DNA from: a virus
DNA length: 64,000 nucleotides
Virus record (IMG/VR): IMGVR_UViG_3300035053_000267
Span: 1-64,000 of that record
Direction: 5' to 3' (one strand)
Under the pieces are notes generated by a model. It saw only the letters and a list, made by a program, of their open reading frames with translations, made no database searches and was not told the DNA's origin. Within the stretch, counting starts at the first letter, position 1, and each line of letters opens with the position of its first letter. Shown here piece by piece: positions 29,996 to 36,920 of the stretch. Both the position numbers and the translations under genes were made by a program.

Positions 29996-30268
29996 TCACA
30001 CTCGGCGTTGGTAATCTACCGTCAGGTCTTCCACGGTGTAGTCACCAATGCGATCAAACACCCCAATCACGCCACCACACTGGATGCCGATGTTTACGCA
30101 CAAGTCCGCGTCTACGCACTCTTCCAGCACGTCCTTCTGCTGCCTGCGCGTGAGGCGGGCTAATCGACGTATCGAAGGAGGCCCCTTCTCTGGGTCAAAC
30201 TGCTCGCGCCGAATGATGCCAACAAGACGATCGAGCATACTGTCAATTACGCTTAGCTCCACTGTCAT
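29996..30268 (-). CDS. Hypothetical protein
   Basis: GGAGGTG RBS. Confidence 0.55.
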   Translation of the reverse strand: MTVELSVIDSMLDRLVGIIRREQFDPEKGPPSIRRLARLTRRQQKDVLEECVDADLCVNIGIQCGGVIGVFDRIGDYTVEDLTVDYQRRV

Positions 30269-30511
30269 TCACTCACCTCCATAGCTGGGGCGGCATGCTT
30301 CCCGCAGCACTTCGTGTCCTTTGTCCGTCATACGGAAATACTCATCCGGCACGAACGACTTGCAGCCCGCCGACACCATCAGCCCAGCCTCGATCAGCTT
30401 TTGCATGTCGGGGCTGTCCCCGCAATACAGCCCACCAGCGGCCCGGTGTGCCGTGTGATCCAGTATCGCCAGTTGTTCCTTATTCAATCGCTTCCAATTC
30501 ATTTCACTCAT
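30269..30511 (-). CDS. Small winged-helix-like hypothetical protein
   Basis: MSEMNW...LIEAGLM...YFRMTDKGHEVL; AGGAG RBS. Confidence 0.55.
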   Translation of the reverse strand: MSEMNWKRLNKEQLAILDHTAHRAAGGLYCGDSPDMQKLIEAGLMVSAGCKSFVPDEYFRMTDKGHEVLREACRPSYGGE

Positions 30512-30531
30512 TCTTCTCTCCTTATTCAGAT

Positions 30532-30588
30532 TGCCAACAAAATGCAGCAAGCGACTCCGCTTCGCTACGCTTGAGCTAGTTGTTGTCT
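30532..30588 (+). repeat. attC-like site
   Basis: TGCCAAC...CTTGAGC TAGTT GTTGTCT. Confidence 0.8.
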
Positions 30589-30983
30589 GTACTGATGCCG
30601 CATGGCAGGTCTTCTGGCCCAAGTCCCTCGCAACAATCCACGCAGATGCGTCTACCTTCCCCAGCCTTGTCGAACGGCTCAGTGTAATGAACCTCGTACT
30701 CGTTGCCGCAGTTGGCACACGTCACAATGGTGTTGGACGGGACAGACAACAAAGCAGTGGATGCTATCGGCGAGTACGCCGAAGCGTCACCGCCAGCGTT
30801 GGGTTTACCAACGAGTTGCATCGTCTCAAACATCTGAACATAGTTGACGGTGCCATCGTCTTGCACAATCACCCACGAGTCACCTGTCGCTTGCGGCGTG
30901 TAGTCCACCACTCCGCGCAAACTCGATCCGTCGCTGGCGAAAACCACCAGCACCCTGTCGTCCTTCTCAATCCTGTTTTTCAT
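30576..30983 (-). CDS. Two-cassette fusion ORF (SH3-like part plus Zn ribbon)
   Basis: Reads in frame through site 30744. Confidence 0.6.
   Translation of the reverse strand: MKNRIEKDDRVLVVFASDGSSLRGVVDYTPQATGDSWVIVQDDGTVNYVQMFETMQLVGKPNAGGDASAYSPIASTALLSVPSNTIVTCANCGNEYEVHYTEPFDKAGEGRRICVDCCEGLGPEDLPCGISTDNN
30744..30804 (+). repeat. attC-like site (intragenic)
   Basis: AGACAAC AAAGC AGTGGATG...CGTCACC GCCAGC GTTGGGT. Confidence 0.8.
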
Positions 30984-31009
30984 CTTGTTCCTTCCCGCCT
31001 TGCTGGGAA

Positions 31010-31071
31010 ACCCAACAAGACAAATCGAGCCTACTTGCTACCGCTGCGAGACTGCTTTGCAGCGTTTGGGG
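31010..31071 (+). repeat. attC-like site (degenerate)
   Basis: ACCCAAC...TTTGGGG; both ends match neighbouring sites. Confidence 0.55.
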
Positions 31072-31245
31072 CTAGTAAAGTTCTTCCCATTCATTGTCGC
31101 CATTGCCCGTGTACTGGCTCACCGTCTCGCCGTCGATCCGCAGCAGCACGCCGCCATCCTCCAGCACGCCAGCCTTGTAGTCGTCCAGCAATTCCGCGTC
31201 GGCAATGTGCGCTCTGCCCTTGTAGTCAACACTCACGTATGTCAT
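31072..31245 (-). CDS. Cassette ORF, acidic
   Basis: MTYVSVD with GGAGGA RBS. Confidence 0.55.
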   Translation of the reverse strand: MTYVSVDYKGRAHIADAELLDDYKAGVLEDGGVLLRIDGETVSQYTGNGDNEWEELY

Positions 31246-31262
31246 CTTGTCCTCCAATCCAG

Positions 31263-31322
31263 CCCCAACAAAGGGCTTCAATCTACCTCGCTTCGCTCGG
31301 AGCTTGAGCCCCGACGGTGAGC
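31263..31322 (+). repeat. attC-like site
   Basis: Near-identical to 28554; R' changed to GGTGAGC. Confidence 0.75.
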
Positions 31323-31514
31323 GCTGCATTGGGCATATAATCTTAGCCAGCGTGATACGCTTTGATTTGCCCCGCGTCCTCTTCGTCCCAAGCAACACCA
31401 GTAAGGGCGTCTACGATGTCAGGAATGTCTGTGTTTGTCAGTTCGTGGATTTTCTCCACCGCGTCACCTATCAGAATCAAGTGGTTCAATTTCATCGTTT
31501 TCCTTCCCGTCCAT

Positions 31515-31587
31515 GCCCAACAAAAGCATGGACAACTGCGTCATTTTCGCTTCGCTTCAATGCCGAGTGTCATGCTCGGCGTTCGAC
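31515..31587 (+). repeat. attC-like site
   Basis: GCCCAAC...GCATGGACA/TGTCATGC...GTTCGAC. Confidence 0.85.
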
Positions 31588-31769
31588 AGACGAGCGAGTA
31601 TGCGGCGTGATTCCCTTCCCAGCGTAACGCCGGGGCGCACAATGCTGCGCTTGTCGATGTCTGCTTGTCCCTCGGTCATCTCGACGATTGCCCGCACCAG
31701 CTCCAGCGCGGGGCATGTCGAACAAGCGGATGGACAACTACCTTCATTCGTCGCGCTTCGCTTACTCAT
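31557..31769 (-). CDS. Cassette ORF
   Basis: Starts inside site 31717, stops inside site 31515. Confidence 0.45.
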   Translation of the reverse strand: MSKRSATNEGSCPSACSTCPALELVRAIVEMTEGQADIDKRSIVRPGVTLGRESRRILARLSNAEHDTRH

Positions 31770-31796
31770 TTCGGAGTGTCATCCTTTCCGTTAGCC
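31717..31796 (+). repeat. attC-like site
   Basis: GTCGAAC...GGATGGACA/TGTCATCC...GTTAGCC. Confidence 0.85.
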
Positions 31797-32002
31797 CTAC
31801 AGCCTTCGTTGCGGCATCCGTTCGGCGTGAGGCCGCACTTCTTGCAGTAGCCCGAGTGCAGCATGGCGTTCAGGTTGTTTGCCCAGTGCCACAGATCATC
31901 GTCTTGCGGACGGGCAAACTCCATCATCTCAATGCTCACCCCGGAAGGGCGAACAAGGCGTCCGACCGTACCCGAAACAGCCGCTTGCGGTGTTTGGTTC
32001 AT
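31766..32002 (-). CDS. Cassette ORF
   Basis: MNQTPQ start in an ATGA overlap inside site 31948. Confidence 0.5.
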   Translation of the reverse strand: MNQTPQAAVSGTVGRLVRPSGVSIEMMEFARPQDDDLWHWANNLNAMLHSGYCKKCGLTPNGCRNEGCRANGKDDTPK

Positions 32003-32050
32003 GCTGTGCCTTTCTCTGGCTGTTTCGATCCGGTCAACTCTGCGTTGGGC
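31948..32050 (+). repeat. attC-like site
   Basis: GGCGAAC...GACCG..CGAAACAGCC/GGCTGTTTCG..CGGTC...GTTGGGC. Confidence 0.85.
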
Positions 32051-32241
32051 ATATGAGGCTCTATCAGCGTAATCGTGCATCCCTCGCTGACCGCCCATTC
32101 TTTTTTTGTCTCCATGTCCTGAAAGTACCACGAGTCGCCCGTTGCCGAGGGCGTGTGTAGTACCTTGGCCCGACTGCAAAGCGTGTACTGTGCATTGTTG
32201 AAGTTAACACATACAATGTCGCCTTCCTGAATTGATCTCAT
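31999..32241 (-). CDS. Cassette ORF, related to N-half of 30576..30983
   Basis: Shared TPxATGDSW motif. Confidence 0.6.
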   Translation of the reverse strand: MRSIQEGDIVCVNFNNAQYTLCSRAKVLHTPSATGDSWYFQDMETKKEWAVSEGCTITLIEPHMPNAELTGSKQPEKGTA

Positions 32242-32268
32242 GTTGTCCTTTCCGGCCTTGCGGTACGT

Positions 32269-32326
32269 GCCCAACAAGGCCAATCGACGGTACGGCTATT
32301 CGCCGCCCGTCATTGCTGCGTTGGAC
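32269..32326 (+). repeat. attC-like site
   Basis: GCCCAAC AAGGC CAATCGAC...GTCATTG CTGC GTTGGAC. Confidence 0.85.
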
Positions 32327-32493
32327 GTATCGTGTTTATCGAGAATCATGTTCACAGACCCAAGGCAGGATGTGAACGCGGCGCGTCCATCCGGACCAGC
32401 CAGTTGACTGTTTTTCGCAACCTCAAGTTCGCGCTTCAAGTCGCGCAAATCGTCCAACAAAGAAGTGGACGCTACCTCATTTCGCTCGCTCAT
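32296..32493 (-). CDS. Cassette ORF
   Basis: Starts inside site 32452, stops inside site 32269. Confidence 0.55.
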   Translation of the reverse strand: MSERNEVASTSLLDDLRDLKRELEVAKNSQLAGPDGRAAFTSCLGSVNMILDKHDTSNAAMTGGE

Positions 32494-32535
32494 TCTTCGC
32501 TCCCTTCATTCTGATCGTCACTTCCGGCGTTGGGC
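32452..32535 (+). repeat. attC-like site
   Basis: GTCCAAC...GAAGTGGACG/CGTCACTTC...GTTGGGC. Confidence 0.85.
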
Positions 32536-32708
32536 GTATAATCAGGGTTGTGCCAGACCGAAAACCCGTTCCGCTGCAAAACATCTGCGGCCACGCTGGT
32601 CTGACAGAAGCCGTCCGACCCGTAATCCGTGTCCAGTTCCTTCGCCTTGCGAATGATGTCATTCGCGCTGGCCGGTTCGTCATCAATCATGTACTTTTTT
32701 TCGTTCAT
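32490..32708 (-). CDS. Cassette ORF
   Basis: AGGAG RBS; ends PNAGSDDQNEGSEE*. Confidence 0.6.
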   Translation of the reverse strand: MNEKKYMIDDEPASANDIIRKAKELDTDYGSDGFCQTSVAADVLQRNGFSVWHNPDYTPNAGSDDQNEGSEE

Positions 32709-32734
32709 CGCTTTTCTCCTTTATGTTACGGAAC

Positions 32735-32793
32735 GCCCAACAAGGCGCTCCAGCTTACTCCGCTTCGCTCCGAAGTTGAGCTAGTTATTGAGT
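32735..32793 (+). repeat. attC-like site
   Basis: Near-identical to 29119; R' ATTGAGT. Confidence 0.8.
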
Positions 32794-33302
32794 TTCCACG
32801 CAATAACACGAGTTTTGCTTTCGTCAAGTTCGCTGTTATTGGAGAAGCAAAACCGAGGATCGGTCGGTTCCTCTAGTGTCATCTTATCCTCGGTTATTCG
32901 ATCTGTGCGATAATGCAGAACCTTGCAAATCAAAGGTGCGCTGAATGGTGGGTGACTATCAGCGTGCCAGACATTAAAAGAAACCCAATGATCGCTTGGA
33001 ACAGACGCGGAAACCGCGCCGCTAAAGTGTGCGTTCGGCATACGTTCCCTTGCGGCATCCCACGCCTTTCGGACCATCGGATCGGCGTGACTTCCAATCC
33101 AATGTCCACCTTTCGTCCCGACCTCAACGACGTACCAGTGCCACCAATCGTATTCCGACTTCCAGCGCAGAACGCCGCCAGCCTGTTTCGTTGTCTCAAT
33201 CTCATCCGCCCACGCCCACGCAGACAGATGCCGAACAAGACGTTTAAATTTATCTTTCACTCGCTTCGCTCCTTTCAGAAAACTCAATTTAGGCGTTGGC
33301 AT
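32781..33302 (-). CDS. Two-cassette fusion ORF
   Basis: Reads in frame through site 32983; start uncertain. Confidence 0.5.
   Translation of the reverse strand: MPTPKLSFLKGAKRVKDKFKRLVRHLSAWAWADEIETTKQAGGVLRWKSEYDWWHWYVVEVGTKGGHWIGSHADPMVRKAWDAARERMPNAHFSGAVSASVPSDHWVSFNVWHADSHPPFSAPLICKVLHYRTDRITEDKMTLEEPTDPRFCFSNNSELDESKTRVIAWKLNN
32983..33039 (+). repeat. attC-like site (degenerate, intragenic)
   Basis: ACCCAAT...CGCGGAAACCGCG...GTTCGGC. Confidence 0.6.
33230..33301 (+). repeat. attC-like site
   Basis: GCCGAAC...CGTTTAAATT/AATTTAGGCG...GTTGGCA. Confidence 0.7.
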
Positions 33303-33603
33303 CTACCCCCCACACGTCCCAAATGAACGCATGGACGTTCTCTTTGTCCCAAGCCTGCCGCGTCGCCCATCCGTCCTCTGATTCAGCAGGGATTCCGTGG
33401 CTGTCGAGCCACGTCCGGTACTCTCTCAAAAAATCGTGGTACTGACGCGGGGCCTGTGTTACCGCATGGATATACTCGGCAAGCGCAAGGTGGTCATCAA
33501 GGCATGTTCGGCACCTGTCAATCCAACAGTCAAAGTGATGCCGAACCGGAAATACCAACAAATCAGTAGAGGCCGTATCCATTCGATCGCTTTGTTCATT
33601 CAT
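33289..33603 (-). CDS. Cassette ORF
   Basis: MNEQSD with GGAGG RBS; ends DANA*. Confidence 0.55.
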   Translation of the reverse strand: MNEQSDRMDTASTDLLVFPVRHHFDCWIDRCRTCLDDHLALAEYIHAVTQAPRQYHDFLREYRTWLDSHGIPAESEDGWATRQAWDKENVHAFIWDVWGVDANA

Positions 33604-33770
33604 GCTAAAACCTCCCTTACCTCTGCACCATCCCATGTCGCCGCATACAACCATACACCGCGAACACACCACCGGCTGCACCTGACCGGACGGACGCGCG
33701 GGTTTGTCGATGTTTGCTGTGTGTTAGTTTGTGTATGTTTCTTATCCATTATTTACTTCCATTTCGCTCG

Positions 33771-34001
33771 TCAGGTGAATCGGGAGGTAACAGACAACCA
33801 TTGCGGATGTATCCCGCACCCGTCTACGCCGGGCAGCGCGACCTCGTAGTGGCAATCGTCGCCCTTATACGCAGTATAATCATGGGTAATTTCGCCTATC
33901 ATGCCGTCAATGGATTCCGGCCAGTCATTTATCCAGTAGCCGCGATCCTTCATCCAAGTAGACGCCCCACTTTTCACCTTTACGAATGTTCCAACCTTCA
34001 T
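33771..34001 (-). CDS. Cassette ORF, SH3/KOW-like
   Basis: MKVGTFVKVK; AGGAG RBS. Confidence 0.6.
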   Translation of the reverse strand: MKVGTFVKVKSGASTWMKDRGYWINDWPESIDGMIGEITHDYTAYKGDDCHYEVALPGVDGCGIHPQWLSVTSRFT

Positions 34002-34012
34002 ATTATCTCCTG

Positions 34013-34072
34013 CGCCAACAAGGCGTTCCAGATTATTTCACTTTGCTCAAAATCTGAGATTTGTCGTTAACT
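34013..34072 (+). repeat. attC-like site
   Basis: CGCCAAC AAGGC GTTCCAGATT...AATCTGAGA...GTTAACT. Confidence 0.75.
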
Positions 34073-34323
34073 GACGCCGCTGGTCCCATACTTTGCTGGG
34101 CTGTGCGTAACATCCGTTTCGCTGTTTCGTGACGGGATTCGTCGGAGTACTTCATTTCGACCTGATGCAGCAACTCGCAGTACAGGCCGTTCAGGCGTTT
34201 GTTTTCCAGTTCAAACCGCAAGACCTCTTTATGCAGGGCTTCGTTCTCTTGCTCAAGGTCCGTTATATATGCCGCGCTGGTTTCCGGCAACTCGCCCCGT
34301 TCTATATCGCTTGGTTCTATCAT
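34033..34323 (-). CDS. Cassette ORF, coiled-coil
   Basis: LYCELLHQVEMKYSDESRHETAKR; AGGAG RBS. Confidence 0.6.
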   Translation of the reverse strand: MIEPSDIERGELPETSAAYITDLEQENEALHKEVLRFELENKRLNGLYCELLHQVEMKYSDESRHETAKRMLRTAQQSMGPAASVNDKSQILSKVK

Positions 34324-34332
34324 TATATACTC

Positions 34333-34391
34333 CTTCAACAAGGCGCAGCAAGTGACTCCGCTTAGCTACGCGCTTGAGCTAGTTGTTGGGC
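34333..34391 (+). repeat. attC-like site
   Basis: Near-identical to 27713. Confidence 0.8.
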
Positions 34392-34392
34392 A

Positions 34393-34569
34393 TCACAACC
34401 GTACCCCGTCCCAGTTGACGCTGCTGAACCACACAGGCATGTGGTCAATGCTCTCGCGGTCTTCCTTGCGCCTCACGGCGTCTTCGAGGTCTTCCTCGGT
34501 CAGAACGCCGTGCGTGATCCGCGTTGTGTCCTTGTCCGTCTTCCAATATGCGTCATAATTGATTTCCAT
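34393..34569 (-). CDS. Cassette ORF
   Basis: MEINYD; has its own stop codon. Confidence 0.5.
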   Translation of the reverse strand: MEINYDAYWKTDKDTTRITHGVLTEEDLEDAVRRKEDRESIDHMPVWFSSVNWDGVRL

Positions 34570-34596
34570 CGTTCCCTTTCCGGCCTTGCGGGACAT

Positions 34597-34654
34597 GCCC
34601 AACAAGGCCAATAGAGCGCACGTCTAACGCCGCCGCTCATTGCTGTCGTTGGGC
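34597..34654 (+). repeat. attC-like site
   Basis: GCCCAAC AAGGC CAATAGAGCG...CGCTCATTG CTGTC GTTGGGC. Confidence 0.85.
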
Positions 34655-34785
34655 GTATACTTCTGTGTCCAGTCCGTCACTTGATGCTCTGCTGGCATCT
34701 TGTCTCCGCACTTTGGACACTTAGCCATGTCCTTCCGTTTTGGTACATTCACTGTTCCGCACCACTGACAATGCATCTGTTCCAT
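34624..34785 (-). CDS. Cassette ORF, Zn ribbon
   Basis: CQWC...CPKC; GGAGG RBS. Confidence 0.55.
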   Translation of the reverse strand: MEQMHCQWCGTVNVPKRKDMAKCPKCGDKMPAEHQVTDWTQKYTPNDSNERRR

Positions 34786-34797
34786 GGTCGTCCTCCC

Positions 34798-34857
34798 GCC
34801 CAACAAAGGGCTGCAATCTACCTCTCTTCGCTCGGAGCTTGAGCCCTGGCGTTCGGT
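34798..34857 (+). repeat. attC-like site
   Basis: Same family as 28554; R' GTTCGGT. Confidence 0.85.
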
Positions 34858-34935
34858 GCCAATTCATTGCACCGCCAGCACTCCATGTCGTAATCGTTGT
34901 TCAGTTGCCCACAGTGATCGCATGTTCACGTCGGC

Positions 34936-35017
34936 ACCGAACAAAACGCTGGAAAACTATCTCCGCTTCGCTCCGAAGTCTCCGCTTCGCTCCGAAGTCT
35001 CAGCTTCTGCATTGGCT
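34936..35017 (+). repeat. attC-like site with 19-bp internal tandem duplication
   Basis: ACCGAAC...(TCTCCGCTTCGCTCCGAAG)x2...ATTGGCT. Confidence 0.75.
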
Positions 35018-35199
35018 GCAAGGTCGCGCAATACCTTAGCCGCCCACTCACAGCGTGCCCGAATGTTCTCCCGCTCGCTCATCATGGCCAAGCTGACGCG
35101 CTCGTGTCGCATGAACCATTCCTGGTGCTTGCGGAAGATGTCGTCAAAAACGTCGGCAGCAGCCAACAAGGCGCTGGAGTCTATCGTCTGTCCGCTCAT
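34957..35199 (-). CDS. Cassette ORF
   Basis: Starts inside site 35161. Confidence 0.55.
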   Translation of the reverse strand: MSGQTIDSSALLAAADVFDDIFRKHQEWFMRHERVSLAMMSERENIRARCEWAAKVLRDLAANAEAETSERSGDFGAKRR

Positions 35200-35238
35200 T
35201 CTTCGCTCCCTTCTTGACCGTCAAGACGGTCGTTCGGT
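35161..35238 (+). repeat. attC-like site
   Basis: AGCCAAC AAGGC GCTGGAG...GTTCGGT. Confidence 0.7.
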
Positions 35239-35399
35239 TTCCAAAGCCCAAACGTGAACAGCCGTCCCCAGTCTATGAGTAGTGACTTCCAAAGAGGAAC
35301 TCGCATGTCTGGCATAAATGATGGCGTATCAAGCCGATTGAAAAACCGAACAAGGCACTTCAGCGCACCAATGAAGCCGCGCCAACCTTTCTGTTTCAT
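35196..35399 (-). CDS. Cassette ORF
   Basis: MKQKGW start inside site 35345. Confidence 0.5.
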   Translation of the reverse strand: MKQKGWRGFIGALKCLVRFFNRLDTPSFMPDMRVPLWKSLLIDWGRLFTFGLWKPNDRLDGQEGSEE

Positions 35400-35450
35400 T
35401 CTCCACGTCCTTCCTGCGGCTTCATTGGCCGCTGAGTTTCGGCGTTCGGC
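35345..35450 (+). repeat. attC-like site
   Basis: ACCGAAC...CAGCG..CCAATGAAGCCGC/GCGGCTTCATTGG.CGCTG...GTTCGGC. Confidence 0.88.
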
Positions 35451-35674
35451 TCGTATCCACAAGCGCGGCATGGGTATGGCCGTGAGCCAGAAATTTCTGC
35501 GCCGCATGATACGCAGTGATACGAGGCTGTCTGATTACGGGCATGGTGAGCCGCTAAAGCGGCGCCGGTCAGCCGCGTGCCCGCAAGGTCGATGAACGGC
35601 TCAGCCGAACCACTGGATGCAGGCTGACCGCCTGCGGTTTCTGTGGTTGCGGTGTTCGTAGATTCATCTTTCAT
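35396..35674 (-). CDS. Cassette ORF, Zn ribbon
   Basis: CVSC...CRAC; starts inside site 35604. Confidence 0.55.
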   Translation of the reverse strand: MKDESTNTATTETAGGQPASSGSAEPFIDLAGTRLTGAALAAHHARNQTASYHCVSCGAEISGSRPYPCRACGYEPNAETQRPMKPQEGRGE

Positions 35675-35733
35675 CGTCTGTGTCTCCTTCGGTTTCTGAT
35701 TGTTCCCGGCGGCAGCTGATCCTGCCGTTCGAC
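35604..35733 (+). repeat. attC-like site
   Basis: GCCGAAC...GGATGCAG/CTGATCC...GTTCGAC. Confidence 0.8.
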
Positions 35734-35930
35734 ACCATACACCGTATGCTGGAATAGAATCCGGTCAAGTGTCGCCTCCACTTCATCGGCCTGTGCTCAA
35801 ATGTGTGAGGCTTACACTTTCCGTCCGGCTTCATCAGCCCATCCCATCGGCATTTCCATGTTTCAGGGTGCTGATGCGGGCAGGGTGTCGAACCAGGCGC
35901 TGGAGAACTATCGTCAATCCGCTCGTTCAT
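35664..35930 (-). CDS. Cassette ORF
   Basis: Starts inside site 35887, stops inside site 35604. Confidence 0.5.
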   Translation of the reverse strand: MNERIDDSSPAPGSTPCPHQHPETWKCRWDGLMKPDGKCKPHTFEHRPMKWRRHLTGFYSSIRCMVSNGRISCRREQSETEGDTDDER

Positions 35931-35973
35931 TCTTCACTCACTCCTTTCCGAAGTCTCAGCTTCGACGTTGGCC
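35887..35973 (+). repeat. attC-like site
   Basis: GTCGAAC CAGGC GCTGGAGA...TCTCAGC TTCGAC GTTGGCC. Confidence 0.88.
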
Positions 35974-36221
35974 TCAAAGACGTGGAACACGAGCCCGCCG
36001 CCGTGAAGCTGAAACGTGCCGATGTAGTCACCGGGATCAGTAGCGCAGCAATGGCCGGTGCCGTACACGCGGAACGTCCGACGTTCCTGCGGGGCGTTCG
36101 AGTCCACCAGCGCCCACAGTTGCGGTTCGCCGTGCTGTTCTTGCACTGTCAGGATCTTCGCGCCTTGCGGCATGTCCAACGTGCATTCGGTGGTCAGTGT
36201 CCATTTCCAGATTGTTCTCAT
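35934..36221 (-). CDS. Cassette ORF, conserved-looking small phage protein
   Basis: MRTIWKW...MPQGAKILTV...LWALVD...YGTGH...YIGTFQ...FHVFE. Confidence 0.75.
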   Translation of the reverse strand: MRTIWKWTLTTECTLDMPQGAKILTVQEQHGEPQLWALVDSNAPQERRTFRVYGTGHCCATDPGDYIGTFQLHGGGLVFHVFEANVEAETSERSE

Positions 36222-36249
36222 GCTGTCCTTTCTGCTCGGTCAACCGTGA

Positions 36250-36307
36250 GGCCAACCAGGCGTTGGAGAATACGGCTTACAGCCGATTCTCAACTTTATC
36301 GTTCGGT
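36250..36307 (+). repeat. attC-like site
   Basis: GGCCAAC CAGGC GTTGGAGA...TCTCAAC TTTATC GTTCGGT. Confidence 0.9.
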
Positions 36308-36894
36308 TGAACTTCCGCAGGCCAGCGCCACTTGCCACGATCAAGGCATTCCACAATGGCGAGCGCCACGGCGGCTACCTGCACGGCTTCCTCTCGGATG
36401 TGCTCGGCGGCTGGCCCTCCAAACCGATCATGGAGTGCGCACTGGCACAGCTCGCCGTATTCCTCGCCGAGCACTGTTAGGTAGGCAAACGGGTCATGGT
36501 TTTGCTCGCCCCACTTCTCATCCTGCCGCCGCCGTTCTTCGAGCACGTCAACCAGTGCAACCGAACAAGGCGCTTCACTCGTACCGACAAAGGCCGGTTT
36601 TGCGTTGTCTGTCATGTCATTTCCTTTCTCCGGCTTTTGCTGGCCGGTCAGCTTGTCGTTGGGCTCCTCTGGTCCAAGGCCACAGCAGCCCTCCTCGGGG
36701 TACTCATGGAACCACGCCACGTGATCGTAGAAACGGCGCGTCTTCCCGTCGTCGTCGAGAACACCCTGCTCTGGTCCGTCAGCAATCTGGATTTCAGACT
36801 CTTCTTCTTCAGGGTCGTCCTTCGGGCCAAGAGGCGCGACGATCAACCCACAGAACTCAGCCAGCGTCCGAATCTCCTTGATCGTCAGTATCAT
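36277..36894 (-). CDS. Two-cassette fusion; C-part is a MazG-like nucleotide pyrophosphohydrolase
   Basis: ERRRQDEKWGEQNH...GEEYGE...EEAVQVAAVA; reads through site 36560, which also holds an internal ATG. Confidence 0.7.
   Translation of the reverse strand: MILTIKEIRTLAEFCGLIVAPLGPKDDPEEEESEIQIADGPEQGVLDDDGKTRRFYDHVAWFHEYPEEGCCGLGPEEPNDKLTGQQKPEKGNDMTDNAKPAFVGTSEAPCSVALVDVLEERRRQDEKWGEQNHDPFAYLTVLGEEYGELCQCALHDRFGGPAAEHIREEAVQVAAVALAIVECLDRGKWRWPAEVQPNDKVENRL
36560..36664 (+). repeat. attC-like site (intragenic)
   Basis: ACCGAAC AAGGC GCTTCAC...GGTCAGC TTGTC GTTGGGC. Confidence 0.75.
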
Positions 36895-36920
36895 TGCTTT
36901 CCTTTCTGCTGGCCGGGTAA

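Noticed and set aside
35700-36881. Long + strand ORFs (also 8061..8891, 9879..10754, 30531..31307, 61982..62824)
   Set aside because: Antisense shadows of - strand genes that have RBSs and recognisable motifs.
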